From Pseudomonadota bacterium (GTDB lineage: Bacteria; Chloroflexota; UBA6077; JAJPGT01), in NCBI GenBank assembly GCA_021325655.1, contig JAJPGT010000043.1, positions 207,959-271,958 of the forward strand: a stretch of 64,000 nt of DNA, given 5' to 3'. The stretch's first letter is position 1. Each line of letters opens with the position of its first letter. The position numbers and the translations under genes are program-made. The notes below the pieces were generated by a model. It had not been told where the DNA came from. It made no database searches and saw nothing but the letters and a program-made list of their open reading frames with translations. Below are positions 36,953 through 45,509 of this stretch, piece by piece.

Positions 36953-39280
36953 ATGCCCGTCGCCGCAGCCCGCCCGCTCGCCCTGTCGCTCGCGCTGGCG
37001 CTGTTCTCGCTCTACCTGCTGTCCAGCAGTCTGAGCATTCGCGTCGGTGGGGACGAGAGCATCCTGTTCGGCACCGTTGACAGCCTGGTCAAGCGAGGGA
37101 GCTTCGAGGTCGATCAGCTCGCCAGCATCCCCAAGGGCGATCCGGATGCGAAGAGCGCGGACTGGGATTACGGCTTCTACGGGCGAGACGGGCGGCAGTA
37201 CGGCAAGTCGGGCCTGGGGCACGTGCTACTCCTGGCCCCGCTCGAAGCGCTGGCGCTGCGGCTCCCCGGGGTCGGGCTGCTCAACGTGGCGATGCTGTTC
37301 AGTCCGCTCGTCACCGCGGCGACGGCGGCGCTGCTCTGTCTGCTCGCCGCCCGGCTCGGCTACCGTCCGCGGGTGGGGCTGGCGCTCGGGCTGCTCTACG
37401 GTGTGGCGACCTTCGCCTGGCCGTTCGCCAAGACGCTGTTTCCCGAGCCGCCCAGTGCGCTGCTCCTGCTGCTCGCGCTCTGGTTCACGCTGGCGTTCGG
37501 AGAGCGGCCGCGGTACGGCGCCGCCTTTGGCGTCGCGGTCGCGCTCGGCCTCGCCTTCTGGGTCAAGGGGACGAACCTGGTGGTCGGCCCGGTGCTAGCG
37601 GTGTTCATGGCCTGGCGGCTGTACCGGGGCCGGGCGCCGCTCCACCGCTGGCTCGCCTGCGCGCTGGCGGCGCTCGCCCCGCTTACGCTGGCGGCGCTCG
37701 TCTGGGGCGCGTTCAATGTCTACCGCTTCGGTGATCCACTCCAGGCCGGGTATGACTTCGGCTTCACCACCCCGCTGCTCCACGGGCTCTACGGGCTGCT
37801 GCTCAGCCCGGGGAAGGGGTTCTTCTGGTACTCGCCGATCCTGCTCGCGGCGCTCGTCGCCGCCCCGGCGTTCATCCGCCGCCACGGCGCCGTCGCCTGG
37901 CTGGTGGTCGCCTGCGCGCTCGCGCAGCTCCCGGTGTACGCCACCTGGCGCGTCTGGACGGGCGGCTGGGCCTGGGGCCCTCGCTTCCTGCTCCCCGCTA
38001 CCCCGTTCGTCGCGCTCCTGCTGCTCCCCCTGCTCGACGCCTGGGCGCACCCGGCGGCTGGCTGGCGCGGCCGGGCGCTGGCGGCCCTCACCGGGCTGAG
38101 TCTCGCCCTCCAGCTCGAGGGTGTGGCAGTGCACTACGCGCTCTACCTCCAGCAGATGGTGCCGCTGGACCGGGTCTCGAACAGCGTGGTGGTCTTCCAG
38201 CTCTGGGCCTCACCCTTGCTCGGCCAGACCGCCTATCTGCAGCCGCGCTACCTGGACCTCGCCTGGCTCGGGGTGGACGACGACGGCCAGGTAGCGATCC
38301 ACTGGGCGATTCTGGCGCCGCTGCTGGTGGCCACACTCGTCACGCTCACCCTGCTGGCGCTGCACGTGCGCGCAGCGGGACCATCGTGCTCCCCTGCCTC
38401 CCCGGCGGGGCGTCTCGGACGGCTCGGCCTACCCTTGGCGGCGCTGGTGGTGCTGTGCGGCACCGTGGCGGCGCTGCGCGCGGCCTTCGACGCCGAGGAT
38501 CCGAGCTACCGCCGGCTGGTGCGCGACCTGGCAGAGCAGCGGGCGGCGGGGTACGTGTTCAGCAACTACGCCAACGAGGCGAGCTTCCTGAATCTCAACC
38601 GCTCGCCGCTTCCCGGGCTCGGGCTGCCCGACGCTCCCAGGCTGAGTCGCCGCGCCCAGCTCCTGCTGGCAGCCTTCGATCAGCGCACCCGCCCGACGGA
38701 GGGCGCGCCCCGCTGGCTGGTGCAGGTTGCGCAGGCGCGCCCGGGCGACCCGGACACCGCGGTCGAGCGCTGGCTCGCCAGCCACGGATTCCCCACGGCG
38801 CCGAAGTGGTACGGAACGATCCGCCTCAACCGCTTTCTGTTCCTGTCCGCGCCATTGGCCGAGTCACGCGATCTGTCGACCCGCTTCGGGAGCGTGCTGG
38901 TGCTGCGCCGCGTCGCCTGGTCGGCTCCGCTCGACTGGCAGGGACAGCACCTGCTCCCAGTGTCGCTGCTGTGGAGCCGCGACGGCAGCGTGGATGGCTC
39001 CTATCGGATCAGTGTGCAGCTCCTCGATGGCCGTGGCACGCTCCTAGCTGAGGAGGATGGCGTCCCGGTCGGCGGAGCCTATCCGACGACGGCGTGGAGG
39101 AAGGGGGAGATGGTGGCGGACAACTGGCTACTGGCGCTGCCGGCAGCACTCGACCCGGGCGAGTGCCGCCTGGCAGTGAGCGTGTCTGACCCGCGCACCG
39201 GTGCCCGGCTGGCCGTCGTGGGCGGCGAGCCGGGGCCAGAGACGGATAGCGCGTTGGTGGCGCGGCCGCGGCTGCCGTAG
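36953..39280 (+). CDS. Large polytopic membrane glycosyltransferase (GT39/ArnT-PMT-like) with C-terminal extracytoplasmic domain
   Basis: About 12 TM helices and an early-loop motif (VGGDESILFGTVDSLVKRGSFEV). Architecture is that of polyprenyl-phosphate-dependent transferases; family assignment is tentative. Confidence 0.65.
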   Translation: MPVAAARPLALSLALALFSLYLLSSSLSIRVGGDESILFGTVDSLVKRGSFEVDQLASIPKGDPDAKSADWDYGFYGRDGRQYGKSGLGHVLLLAPLEALALRLPGVGLLNVAMLFSPLVTAATAALLCLLAARLGYRPRVGLALGLLYGVATFAWPFAKTLFPEPPSALLLLLALWFTLAFGERPRYGAAFGVAVALGLAFWVKGTNLVVGPVLAVFMAWRLYRGRAPLHRWLACALAALAPLTLAALVWGAFNVYRFGDPLQAGYDFGFTTPLLHGLYGLLLSPGKGFFWYSPILLAALVAAPAFIRRHGAVAWLVVACALAQLPVYATWRVWTGGWAWGPRFLLPATPFVALLLLPLLDAWAHPAAGWRGRALAALTGLSLALQLEGVAVHYALYLQQMVPLDRVSNSVVVFQLWASPLLGQTAYLQPRYLDLAWLGVDDDGQVAIHWAILAPLLVATLVTLTLLALHVRAAGPSCSPASPAGRLGRLGLPLAALVVLCGTVAALRAAFDAEDPSYRRLVRDLAEQRAAGYVFSNYANEASFLNLNRSPLPGLGLPDAPRLSRRAQLLLAAFDQRTRPTEGAPRWLVQVAQARPGDPDTAVERWLASHGFPTAPKWYGTIRLNRFLFLSAPLAESRDLSTRFGSVLVLRRVAWSAPLDWQGQHLLPVSLLWSRDGSVDGSYRISVQLLDGRGTLLAEEDGVPVGGAYPTTAWRKGEMVADNWLLALPAALDPGECRLAVSVSDPRTGARLAVVGGEPGPETDSALVARPRLP

Positions 39281-39299
39281 CGGCACGAGCGGAGGGCTG

Positions 39300-39704
39300 G
39301 TGGAGGCGGCGGACGAGCGGGCCAGGCTGGAAGAGCAGACGCGGCGCAATCTGCGCGGGATGGAGCTGGAGCGCGCGGGCGACCTGGAGGGGGCGATTGC
39401 GCTGTACGAGCAGAACGTCGCCGAGGGCTTCGAGGCCGATTGGCCCTACGGGCGGCTGGTAAGCATCTACGAGCGCCTGGGCCGTCCCGAAGAGGCGATC
39501 CGCGTCCTGGAGCAGGGGATCGCGGCGTTCAGGGCGAGCAGCCGCCGGACGCCGCAGGACCGCCGGGCAGTGATCGCCATCTTTCGGAACCGCATCCGGG
39601 AGCTACAGCGGAAACAGCGCGCCGCCAAGCGGGAGATGTCCAGACAGCAGCGAGCAGCGCGGCGGGGCCGTCAACCCGACAGCCGCTCCTCCAGTGGCGG
39701 GTAG
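39300..39704 (+). CDS. Hypothetical TPR-like protein with basic tail
   Basis: GDLEGAIALYEQNVAEG...YGRLVSIYERLGRPEEAIRVLEQGI is TPR-like. Start uncertain (GTG 39300 or the later ATG). Confidence 0.5.
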   Translation: MEAADERARLEEQTRRNLRGMELERAGDLEGAIALYEQNVAEGFEADWPYGRLVSIYERLGRPEEAIRVLEQGIAAFRASSRRTPQDRRAVIAIFRNRIRELQRKQRAAKREMSRQQRAARRGRQPDSRSSSGG

Positions 39705-40738
39705 AGCGGGAATGGCGCGTGCGGCTCGGCCTGATACCAGAAGGCGACACTGGAATAGTCGTCCCAGCGGCGGTTCGCGTGCCCGTGCTCGAACGTGACC
39801 CGGATCGAGCGCTGGAAGTAGATCGGGTCGTCCAGGTGAAAGCGGTAGAAGCTCCAGCGCCCGGACCAGTTGGGTCCACCGGCCAGGGAGAGGCCGTGGT
39901 AGGGGCCATTGTAGACGGTCTGGGGGCACCAGGCGAGATTGAAATAGTCCTCCTGGCCAGTTCCGTGCAGCGAAGGCGGGAACGGCTCATCGTCGACAAA
40001 GATCATGTCGTCGCCCTCGCCGAACCAGTCCCACTCGGCGGCGCCGCGGCGGTTCTCGACGTTGAGCACGCAGCCCACGTAGTGTCCTCGGCCGCGGGCC
40101 TCCAGCGCCACATAGTTGTCCCGCCCGTCCAGGTTCACCCCGCCGAATTGAAACTCCTGGTTGGTCATCCCCTGGTCGTTGGTCCCGGGCAGGGCCGCAC
40201 GGCGCCACTGGGCGTGGAAGCGGCCCCAGTGTGGCCCGAGCGCGGGATAGACCTCGTAGTCCACGTGGAAGTACACCAGGGTTGGGCCACTCTCGGTCTC
40301 GGCCTGGAGCTCCATCCGCGCGCCGTTGGAGAACGGCATCGGGAAGTAGCAGGCGAGGCCCCGGCCGCTGTCCGGGCCGCGCTGGATCGGCAGGCTGACC
40401 AGCTCGCGGGTGGCGGCGAAGCCGACGCCGAAGAAGTCGCCCAGCGGCACCTCGACGCTCGGCGTCGCCTCGCCGTCCCACCAGGCGCGCAGCGTACAAC
40501 GGCGGAGCAGCCCGGGCTCATCGCGGCCGACCGTGATCCAGAGGTGGCGGACGCAGCCGGCGCCGGCCGCCTCGAGCAGGATGGCGCGCTCGCCCGGCTG
40601 GAGCTCGCAGCGGTCGCGGTTCCCACCCGTGCGGTCCCAGCTCGATGATCGGCGGGAGCTGACAGCGCGAAGCAGCGGCAGACGGCCGAGCGGCCCGGCG
40701 CCCCAGGCCGGATCCGGGGTCGGCTCAGGCATCGACAC
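39671..40738 (-). CDS. DUF2961 / GH172-family protein
   Basis: SSWDRTGGNRDRCELQPGERAILLEAAGAGCVRHLWITV and a double jelly-roll-sized body match my recollection of DUF2961. Confidence 0.75.
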   Translation of the reverse strand: MSMPEPTPDPAWGAGPLGRLPLLRAVSSRRSSSWDRTGGNRDRCELQPGERAILLEAAGAGCVRHLWITVGRDEPGLLRRCTLRAWWDGEATPSVEVPLGDFFGVGFAATRELVSLPIQRGPDSGRGLACYFPMPFSNGARMELQAETESGPTLVYFHVDYEVYPALGPHWGRFHAQWRRAALPGTNDQGMTNQEFQFGGVNLDGRDNYVALEARGRGHYVGCVLNVENRRGAAEWDWFGEGDDMIFVDDEPFPPSLHGTGQEDYFNLAWCPQTVYNGPYHGLSLAGGPNWSGRWSFYRFHLDDPIYFQRSIRVTFEHGHANRRWDDYSSVAFWYQAEPHAPFPLYPPLEERLSG

Positions 40739-41537
40739 CGGTGCGGGGGCGCAGCGGCAGGCAGATGTACACGGTGGTGCCCAGCCCCGGACCGGGGCTG
40801 TGCGCCCAGATCCGGCCGTGGTGCAGGGCGATCAGGCCGCGGGCGACGTACAGCCCCAGCCCCATGCCCTCCACCCCCGCCGCATTCGGCGAGCGATAGA
40901 AGCGATCGAACACACGCTCCAGCTCATCCGCCGGAATTCCTATCCCCTGATCCTGCACCGTAATCTCTACCTGCTGGCGCTCGTCGCGCGGAGCGGCTGG
41001 ATCGTCGACGCGCCGGAGCGAGACGATGACGCGGGAATCGCTGGGCGAGTACGCCAGGGCATTGTCGAGCACATGGCCGAGGGCGGTGGCGAGCTGCTTG
41101 CGGTCCCAGGACCCCACGGTCGGAGTGTCGGGCAGGAGGCAGTCGACGGGTCGGTTGCGGACCGACTGCGCCCCATCCACCACCTCGGCGATGAGACTAT
41201 TCAGGTCAAGCTCGGTGAGCTGGAGCGAGGCCCGGCCGGACTCGATCCGGCCAGCGTCGAGTGCCATCTGAAGCATCCGCGCCATCTTGTTGACTTCGCG
41301 GTCGATAACGTGCAGCGCCTGGCGCACTGCATCGTACTGGCCACGGTCGAGCCGCCGCTCGGCCAACTGGGCATAGCCCTTGACGCTCGTCAGCGGCGTC
41401 TTCAGATCATGGACGACGGTGTTCAGGAACTGCTCGCGCCGAACGAGCGACTCCCGCCGCTGCTTGTGGAGACGATCGAACGGCTCATTGGGCGCTTCAA
41501 CCGATGGGCCACCGTCTCCGTTGAACACACTGCTCAA
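40725..41537 (-). CDS. Soluble orphan sensor histidine kinase (HisKA + HATPase_c only)
   Basis: H-box FLNTVVHDLKTPLTSV, N-box LGHVLDNALAY, G-boxes DQGIGI and GMGLGLY. No TM or sensor domain, and no response regulator nearby. Confidence 0.88.
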   Translation of the reverse strand: MSSVFNGDGGPSVEAPNEPFDRLHKQRRESLVRREQFLNTVVHDLKTPLTSVKGYAQLAERRLDRGQYDAVRQALHVIDREVNKMARMLQMALDAGRIESGRASLQLTELDLNSLIAEVVDGAQSVRNRPVDCLLPDTPTVGSWDRKQLATALGHVLDNALAYSPSDSRVIVSLRRVDDPAAPRDERQQVEITVQDQGIGIPADELERVFDRFYRSPNAAGVEGMGLGLYVARGLIALHHGRIWAHSPGPGLGTTVYICLPLRPRTGVDA

Positions 41538-41740
41538 CGGTCCACTCCTCGATCCGCGACACCCGCCGCCGGCAGTATCCGTACCACGACCCTGCTCAGC
41601 CTGCTGTCCTGGACAGAGACAAGGGTAGCAATATGTGCGGACCGGCGTATGAATCGATGGTAACCCAGGCGGCGGGAGACGAGAAGGGGCAGGCGATACA
41701 GGCCGGTCACAGAGGGCCGGGCGGGAGAGCAGGAGCGGGG

Positions 41741-41812
41741 TCGGGGCGGCCAGGATCGAACTGGCGACCTCGCGGTCCCAAACCGCGCGCGCTACCGCTG
41801 CGCTACGCCCCG
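41741..41812 (-). tRNA. tRNA-Pro (anticodon UGG)
   Basis: Reverse complement CGGGGCGTAGCGCAGCGGTAGCGCGCGCGGTTTGGGACCGCGAGGTCGCCAGTTCGATCCTGGCCGCCCCGA folds as a cloverleaf: 7-bp acceptor stem, anticodon loop TTTGGGA, T-loop TTCGATC. CCA is not encoded. Confidence 0.9.
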
Positions 41813-41824
41813 TATGCGTCTCTC

Positions 41825-41830
41825 ATTATA
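41825..41830 (-). promoter_or_regulatory. -10 element (TATAAT) for tRNA-Pro
   Basis: The reverse strand reads TATAAT 13-18 nt upstream of the tRNA 5' end. Confidence 0.35.
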
Positions 41831-41939
41831 GGCGGCAGGGACGCCGCGGGGCGATGAGCCGATCTATCCTGGCTCTCGGCGGCCGCCGCTCCCTGGTCGG
41901 GCACGCCACCTGTCCTCCCGGCGAACCGCTGGTAGCCCG

Positions 41940-42596
41940 CTACGCCTGGCACGGCGGGGCGGCCGCGAGGATGGCGCGCACGCAGCGCGCGGCGCGGGCC
42001 CGATGGCTGATCGCGTGCTTCTCGGCTGGGGACAGCTCGGCCATCGTCCGCCCCTTGCTCGGGACGAAGAACAGCGGGTCATAGCCGAAGCCGCCGCTGC
42101 CCCGCGGCTCCAGGGCGATTCGGCCGCGCACCTCGCCGCGACAGCGGTGGACGGTTCCCTCCGGCGCGATCAGCGTCACCGCACAGACGTAGCGGCAGCC
42201 ACGCTCCCGCTCGGGCACGTCCCGCAGGCGCTCGAGCAGCAGCCGCATTTTCACCCCGTAGTTGCTCGTCCCGCCCCAGCGCGCCGACCAGACGCCCGGC
42301 TCGCCGCCGAGCGCCGCGACCTCCAGGCCGGAGTCCTCGGCCAAGGTCCAGATCCCCGCCTGCTCGCCGAGCGCGGCGTGGTAGGCGCGGGCCTTGAGGT
42401 CGGCGTTGGCGCGGAAAGTCGTGCCCGTTTCCTCCACCTCCAGGACAATCCCGAGGTCCGCTGGCAGCAGCAGCTCGACCGGCAGCCCGGCGAGCAGCTC
42501 GCGCCACTCGCGGACCTTGCCTCGACTCGTCGTCGCCAGCAGGACCTTTGGTCCCGGATCAGGCTGGCGGAGGGGATGCTGCGCGGGCATCATCAT
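41940..42596 (-). CDS. rdgB: dITP/XTP pyrophosphatase (RdgB/HAM1)
   Basis: KVLLATTSRGKVRE, EETGTTFRANA and FGYDPLF...MAELSPAEKHAISHRARA. Start at ATG 42596; the upstream part of the tracked ORF is junk. Confidence 0.88.
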   Translation of the reverse strand: MMMPAQHPLRQPDPGPKVLLATTSRGKVREWRELLAGLPVELLLPADLGIVLEVEETGTTFRANADLKARAYHAALGEQAGIWTLAEDSGLEVAALGGEPGVWSARWGGTSNYGVKMRLLLERLRDVPERERGCRYVCAVTLIAPEGTVHRCRGEVRGRIALEPRGSGGFGYDPLFFVPSKGRTMAELSPAEKHAISHRARAARCVRAILAAAPPCQA

Positions 42597-42665
42597 CGCT
42601 GGGATGCATCGTACCTCGGAAGGACCAGCGTCGGGCGCTGCGCCCGCGAACTTGGAAGCCACCCG

Positions 42666-43421
42666 GTGAACGATCTCGACCCGTTCCTGCGTGAGGCAGT
42701 ACCGCCGGCGGGCTGGCAGGTGGTGTACGAGCCCGTCGTCGGTTCGACCAACGACCTGGCCCGCCAGGCGGCAGAGCGGGGCTGGCCTGGGCGGAGCGTC
42801 TTCGTCGCCGATGAGCAGCGCGCCGGCCGCGGCCGCCAGGGGCGGCAGTGGCTGGCCCCGCCCGGCTTCGGGCTGCTGTTCTCGCTGCTGCTCCGGCCGG
42901 GCCAGGAGCGCCTGCCACCGCTGCACTACACCATGCTCGCCTCGGTGTCGCTGGCCGAGGTGCTAGAGCAGCTTGGTCTTCAGCCAGCGATCAAGTGGCC
43001 GAACGACCTGCTTCTGGATGACCGCAAGGTAGCGGGGATCCTCGCCGAGTCGTTCCTGGCGGCCGGCGCCCCGGCGCTGGTTGTCGGCTGTGGCGTCAAC
43101 GTTGGCCTCAGCCATGATCTCCCCGTGGGCCTGCCGCCAACGGCGACGACCCTCTTCGCCAGCGCCGGCCGGCGCATCCACCGCGGCGACCTGCTACTGC
43201 GGATACTCCAGCGCCTGGACGCCTGGCTGGCCGAGCCGCCCGCGCGGCTACGCCGCGCCTGGCACGCGCGGCTCTGGCACAAGCACCAGGTGATCCGCGC
43301 GGTGGAGGGTGGCCAGGAGCTGGTCGGGACGATCGAAGCGGTCGCGGACGATGGCACGCTCACCCTGCGGCTCCTGGACGGCACCACCCGGCGACTGGTC
43401 AGCGGAGAGCTGCTGCTCTGA
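42666..43421 (+). CDS. birA: Biotin--[acetyl-CoA-carboxylase] ligase (group I, no HTH)
   Basis: VVGSTNDLA and the GRGRQGRQW biotin-binding loop, then KWPNDLLL. Start at GTG 42666. Confidence 0.88.
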   Translation: MNDLDPFLREAVPPAGWQVVYEPVVGSTNDLARQAAERGWPGRSVFVADEQRAGRGRQGRQWLAPPGFGLLFSLLLRPGQERLPPLHYTMLASVSLAEVLEQLGLQPAIKWPNDLLLDDRKVAGILAESFLAAGAPALVVGCGVNVGLSHDLPVGLPPTATTLFASAGRRIHRGDLLLRILQRLDAWLAEPPARLRRAWHARLWHKHQVIRAVEGGQELVGTIEAVADDGTLTLRLLDGTTRRLVSGELLL

Positions 43422-43468
43422 GCCATCCCCCCGGCGCGTCTCATTGCCGACACAACACGCCTCCGGGC

Positions 43469-43484
43469 TAGAACACGTGTGCTA
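43469..43484. promoter_or_regulatory. Imperfect LexA-type box, TAGAACACGTGTGCTA
   Basis: GAAC-N4-GTGC has one mismatch to GAAC-N4-GTTC. It overlaps a TATACT -10 element upstream of the 77-aa ORF. Confidence 0.3.
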
Positions 43485-43534
43485 TACTGGAGGCCTGGAA
43501 GGGCTCCGGCGGGAGAGCACTGGGGAGTTGAGCA

Positions 43535-43768
43535 ATGGCCGTTGCGATGCGAGAGCCGCTGAGCGCCGACACTGCCGAGCGCACCTGGAGCCGCGCCGAC
43601 CTCCGGCGCGCGCTCGCCCGATTGGAAGAGTGGCTGCATCGCGAGGGCAGGCAGATCCGGGCGCTGCGCGCCGCGGGTGAGGAGGTGCGCCAGCGCGAGC
43701 GCATCTGGCATGAGCGCCTGCGGCAGTACGAGCGGCTCGCCACCCTGCTCCGCTCCTCGGCCCGTTAG
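43535..43768 (+). CDS. Hypothetical coiled-coil protein (77 aa)
   Basis: ATG 43535; Arg/Glu-rich helical sequence. I recognise no family. Confidence 0.45.
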   Translation: MAVAMREPLSADTAERTWSRADLRRALARLEEWLHREGRQIRALRAAGEEVRQRERIWHERLRQYERLATLLRSSAR

Positions 43769-43813
43769 CATGAGGGGCGCCCCCATCAAGACTCGCAGAG
43801 GAGGAAACCTGCC

Positions 43814-44283
43814 ATGACGGACACGCAGCAGTCCGCCAAGAGAACCACCGGCAAGGGGTCCAAGCGATTCACGGCCGAGGAACGAGCCGCGATGAGGAGC
43901 GCGCCCAGGAGCTGGCAGCGGAGGCGCGCCACGGCCCACACACGGACAAGGCGGACGGGGAACACGCCGTGCTCGCGAAGATCGCCGAGCTGCCGGAACC
44001 GGATCGCGCCATGGCCGAGCGGCTCCATGCGATCATTAAGGCCAGCGCGCCAGACCTCTCGCCGAAGACCTGGTACGGAATGCCCGCGTACGCCAAGGAG
44101 GGCAAGGTCGTCTGCTACTTCACACCGGCGTCGAAGTTCAAGGAGAGGTACGCGACGTTCGGCTTCACCGCCACGGCAAACCTCGATGAAGGCAGCATGT
44201 GGCCAACCGCCTTCGCGCTGCAGAAGCTGACTGCCACCGAAGAGGCACGGATCGCCGCGCTCGTGAAGCAAGCAGTGAGCTGA
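43814..44283 (+). pseudogene. DUF1801 (YdhG-like) protein, interrupted by an apparent 1-nt deletion near 43895
   Basis: Frame 1 gives [27 protein letters not shown]. Frame 2 continues [48 protein letters not shown]...[17 protein letters not shown]. Together they resemble full-length DUF1801 proteins. Confidence 0.7.
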
Positions 44284-44684
44284 GGACTGCGCTCGCCACT
44301 GGGCCCGTTCTAGCGTAGATCTGACAGTTCGCGTTGCAGTCGGGTTGTAGCGAGCACGAGAATCGGTCTCCTGGGCAAGCATTCCACATGCGCCGGCCCA
44401 GCACCAATGTCACCTGCCCTGGACACACCAAACCGTCCGCTACGCCGCTTGGAACCGAAAGTGTCGCATCTACGCTCGCTGGCTGCCCATAAAGGCGAGT
44501 CCGGGGGCGGGCTGCTTGCTGGCCTTTCCCAATCGCCTTGCGCTGCGCCGCCTCTCCGGGCACGCATGGAGCCGGCGCCCTGAGCAGCCGCCAGGGGGCG
44601 GCGCGGTTCGGTAGAATGCCGCGTGCTCCACGTGTACGTACACTCCCACGGCCCGCTCAGCCTGAGCCGCTGCCGTCCCCCACG

Positions 44685-45509
44685 ATGATCGTCGAGGTCG
44701 CCGTCCTGCCCATCGCCGCGATCGCGGTCGAGCGCAAGGTGTGCGTGATGGTCGACGCGCTGCGCGCCTCGGCAACGATGGTGGCGATGCTCGACGCCGG
44801 CGCGGCGGAGATTACCCTGGCGTCGAGTGTGGACGATGCCCGGCAGATGGCGGCGGCCGATCGGGCCAACACCTGGCTGGCAGGCGAGGTTGGCGGGCTG
44901 CCGCCCGAGGACTTCGATCTGGGCAACTCGCCGACGGAGATCCTCGCCACCCCGCTCGGAACCCGCCGCATCATCTACGCTACCTCCAACGGCACCCGCG
45001 CGCTCGCCCACGTCGCTCACTCGCCCTGCGTGCTGGTCGGAAGCCTGGTCAATGCCAGCGCAGTGGCCCAGTACGCCCGTGCCCAGGCCGTTACGCGGGG
45101 GCTGGGCCTGTGCATTGTCTGCGCGGGCGACGAGGGCGGCACCCTGCTGAGCCTGGAGGACCTGGTATCCGCCGGAGTGCTGGTGGAGCTGCTGCTGGCG
45201 AGCATTCCGACCCAGGTGTGGCCGGAGGATGAGGGCTCGGAGACGCCCAATGTGATCGCGCTCGACGAGGCGGCCAAGGCGGCGCTGCGGGTATACCGCT
45301 CCTACCTACCGCCCGGCGCGCCGCCGCTGCCGCCCAACCCCGAGGCGCTCGACGCGGCGTTCAAAGACGCCCGCCATGGACGCGACCTGCTGCGGATCAA
45401 CTTCCCGCTCGACTTCGTGCACTGCCAGCGCGCGGACAGCAGCCATAGGGTGCCGCTCCTCGCCCGGCGCGGCGAGCGATTGGTCGTCGTCCCTGCCCCG
45501 TTCCGGTGA
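44685..45509 (+). CDS. 2-phosphosulfolactate phosphatase (ComB) family protein
   Basis: VMVDALRASATMVAMLDAGA and NSPTEI...YATSNGTRAL fit the ComB family. Start at ATG 44685 (alternative ATG 44616). Its stop overlaps the next start (GTGA). Confidence 0.75.
   Translation: MIVEVAVLPIAAIAVERKVCVMVDALRASATMVAMLDAGAAEITLASSVDDARQMAAADRANTWLAGEVGGLPPEDFDLGNSPTEILATPLGTRRIIYATSNGTRALAHVAHSPCVLVGSLVNASAVAQYARAQAVTRGLGLCIVCAGDEGGTLLSLEDLVSAGVLVELLLASIPTQVWPEDEGSETPNVIALDEAAKAALRVYRSYLPPGAPPLPPNPEALDAAFKDARHGRDLLRINFPLDFVHCQRADSSHRVPLLARRGERLVVVPAPFR

Noticed and set aside
39440-40648. 402-aa plus-strand ORF
   Set aside because: It is antisense to the DUF2961/GH172 gene and has no motifs.
36148-41812. 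Possible genomic island integrated at the 3' end of tRNA-Pro
   Set aside because: There is no integrase, I found no direct repeat of the tRNA 3' end, and no visible compositional break. The genes look like core envelope functions.
42003-42665. 221-codon N-terminal extension of the birA ORF
   Set aside because: It is antisense to rdgB. The BirA catalytic core begins at GTG 42666.
44491-44507. AAAGGCGAGTCCGGGGG, reminiscent of the RNase P RNA GGAAAGUCCGGGC box
   Set aside because: None of the other conserved RNase P blocks, nor the expected ~350-400-nt structured context, is present nearby.
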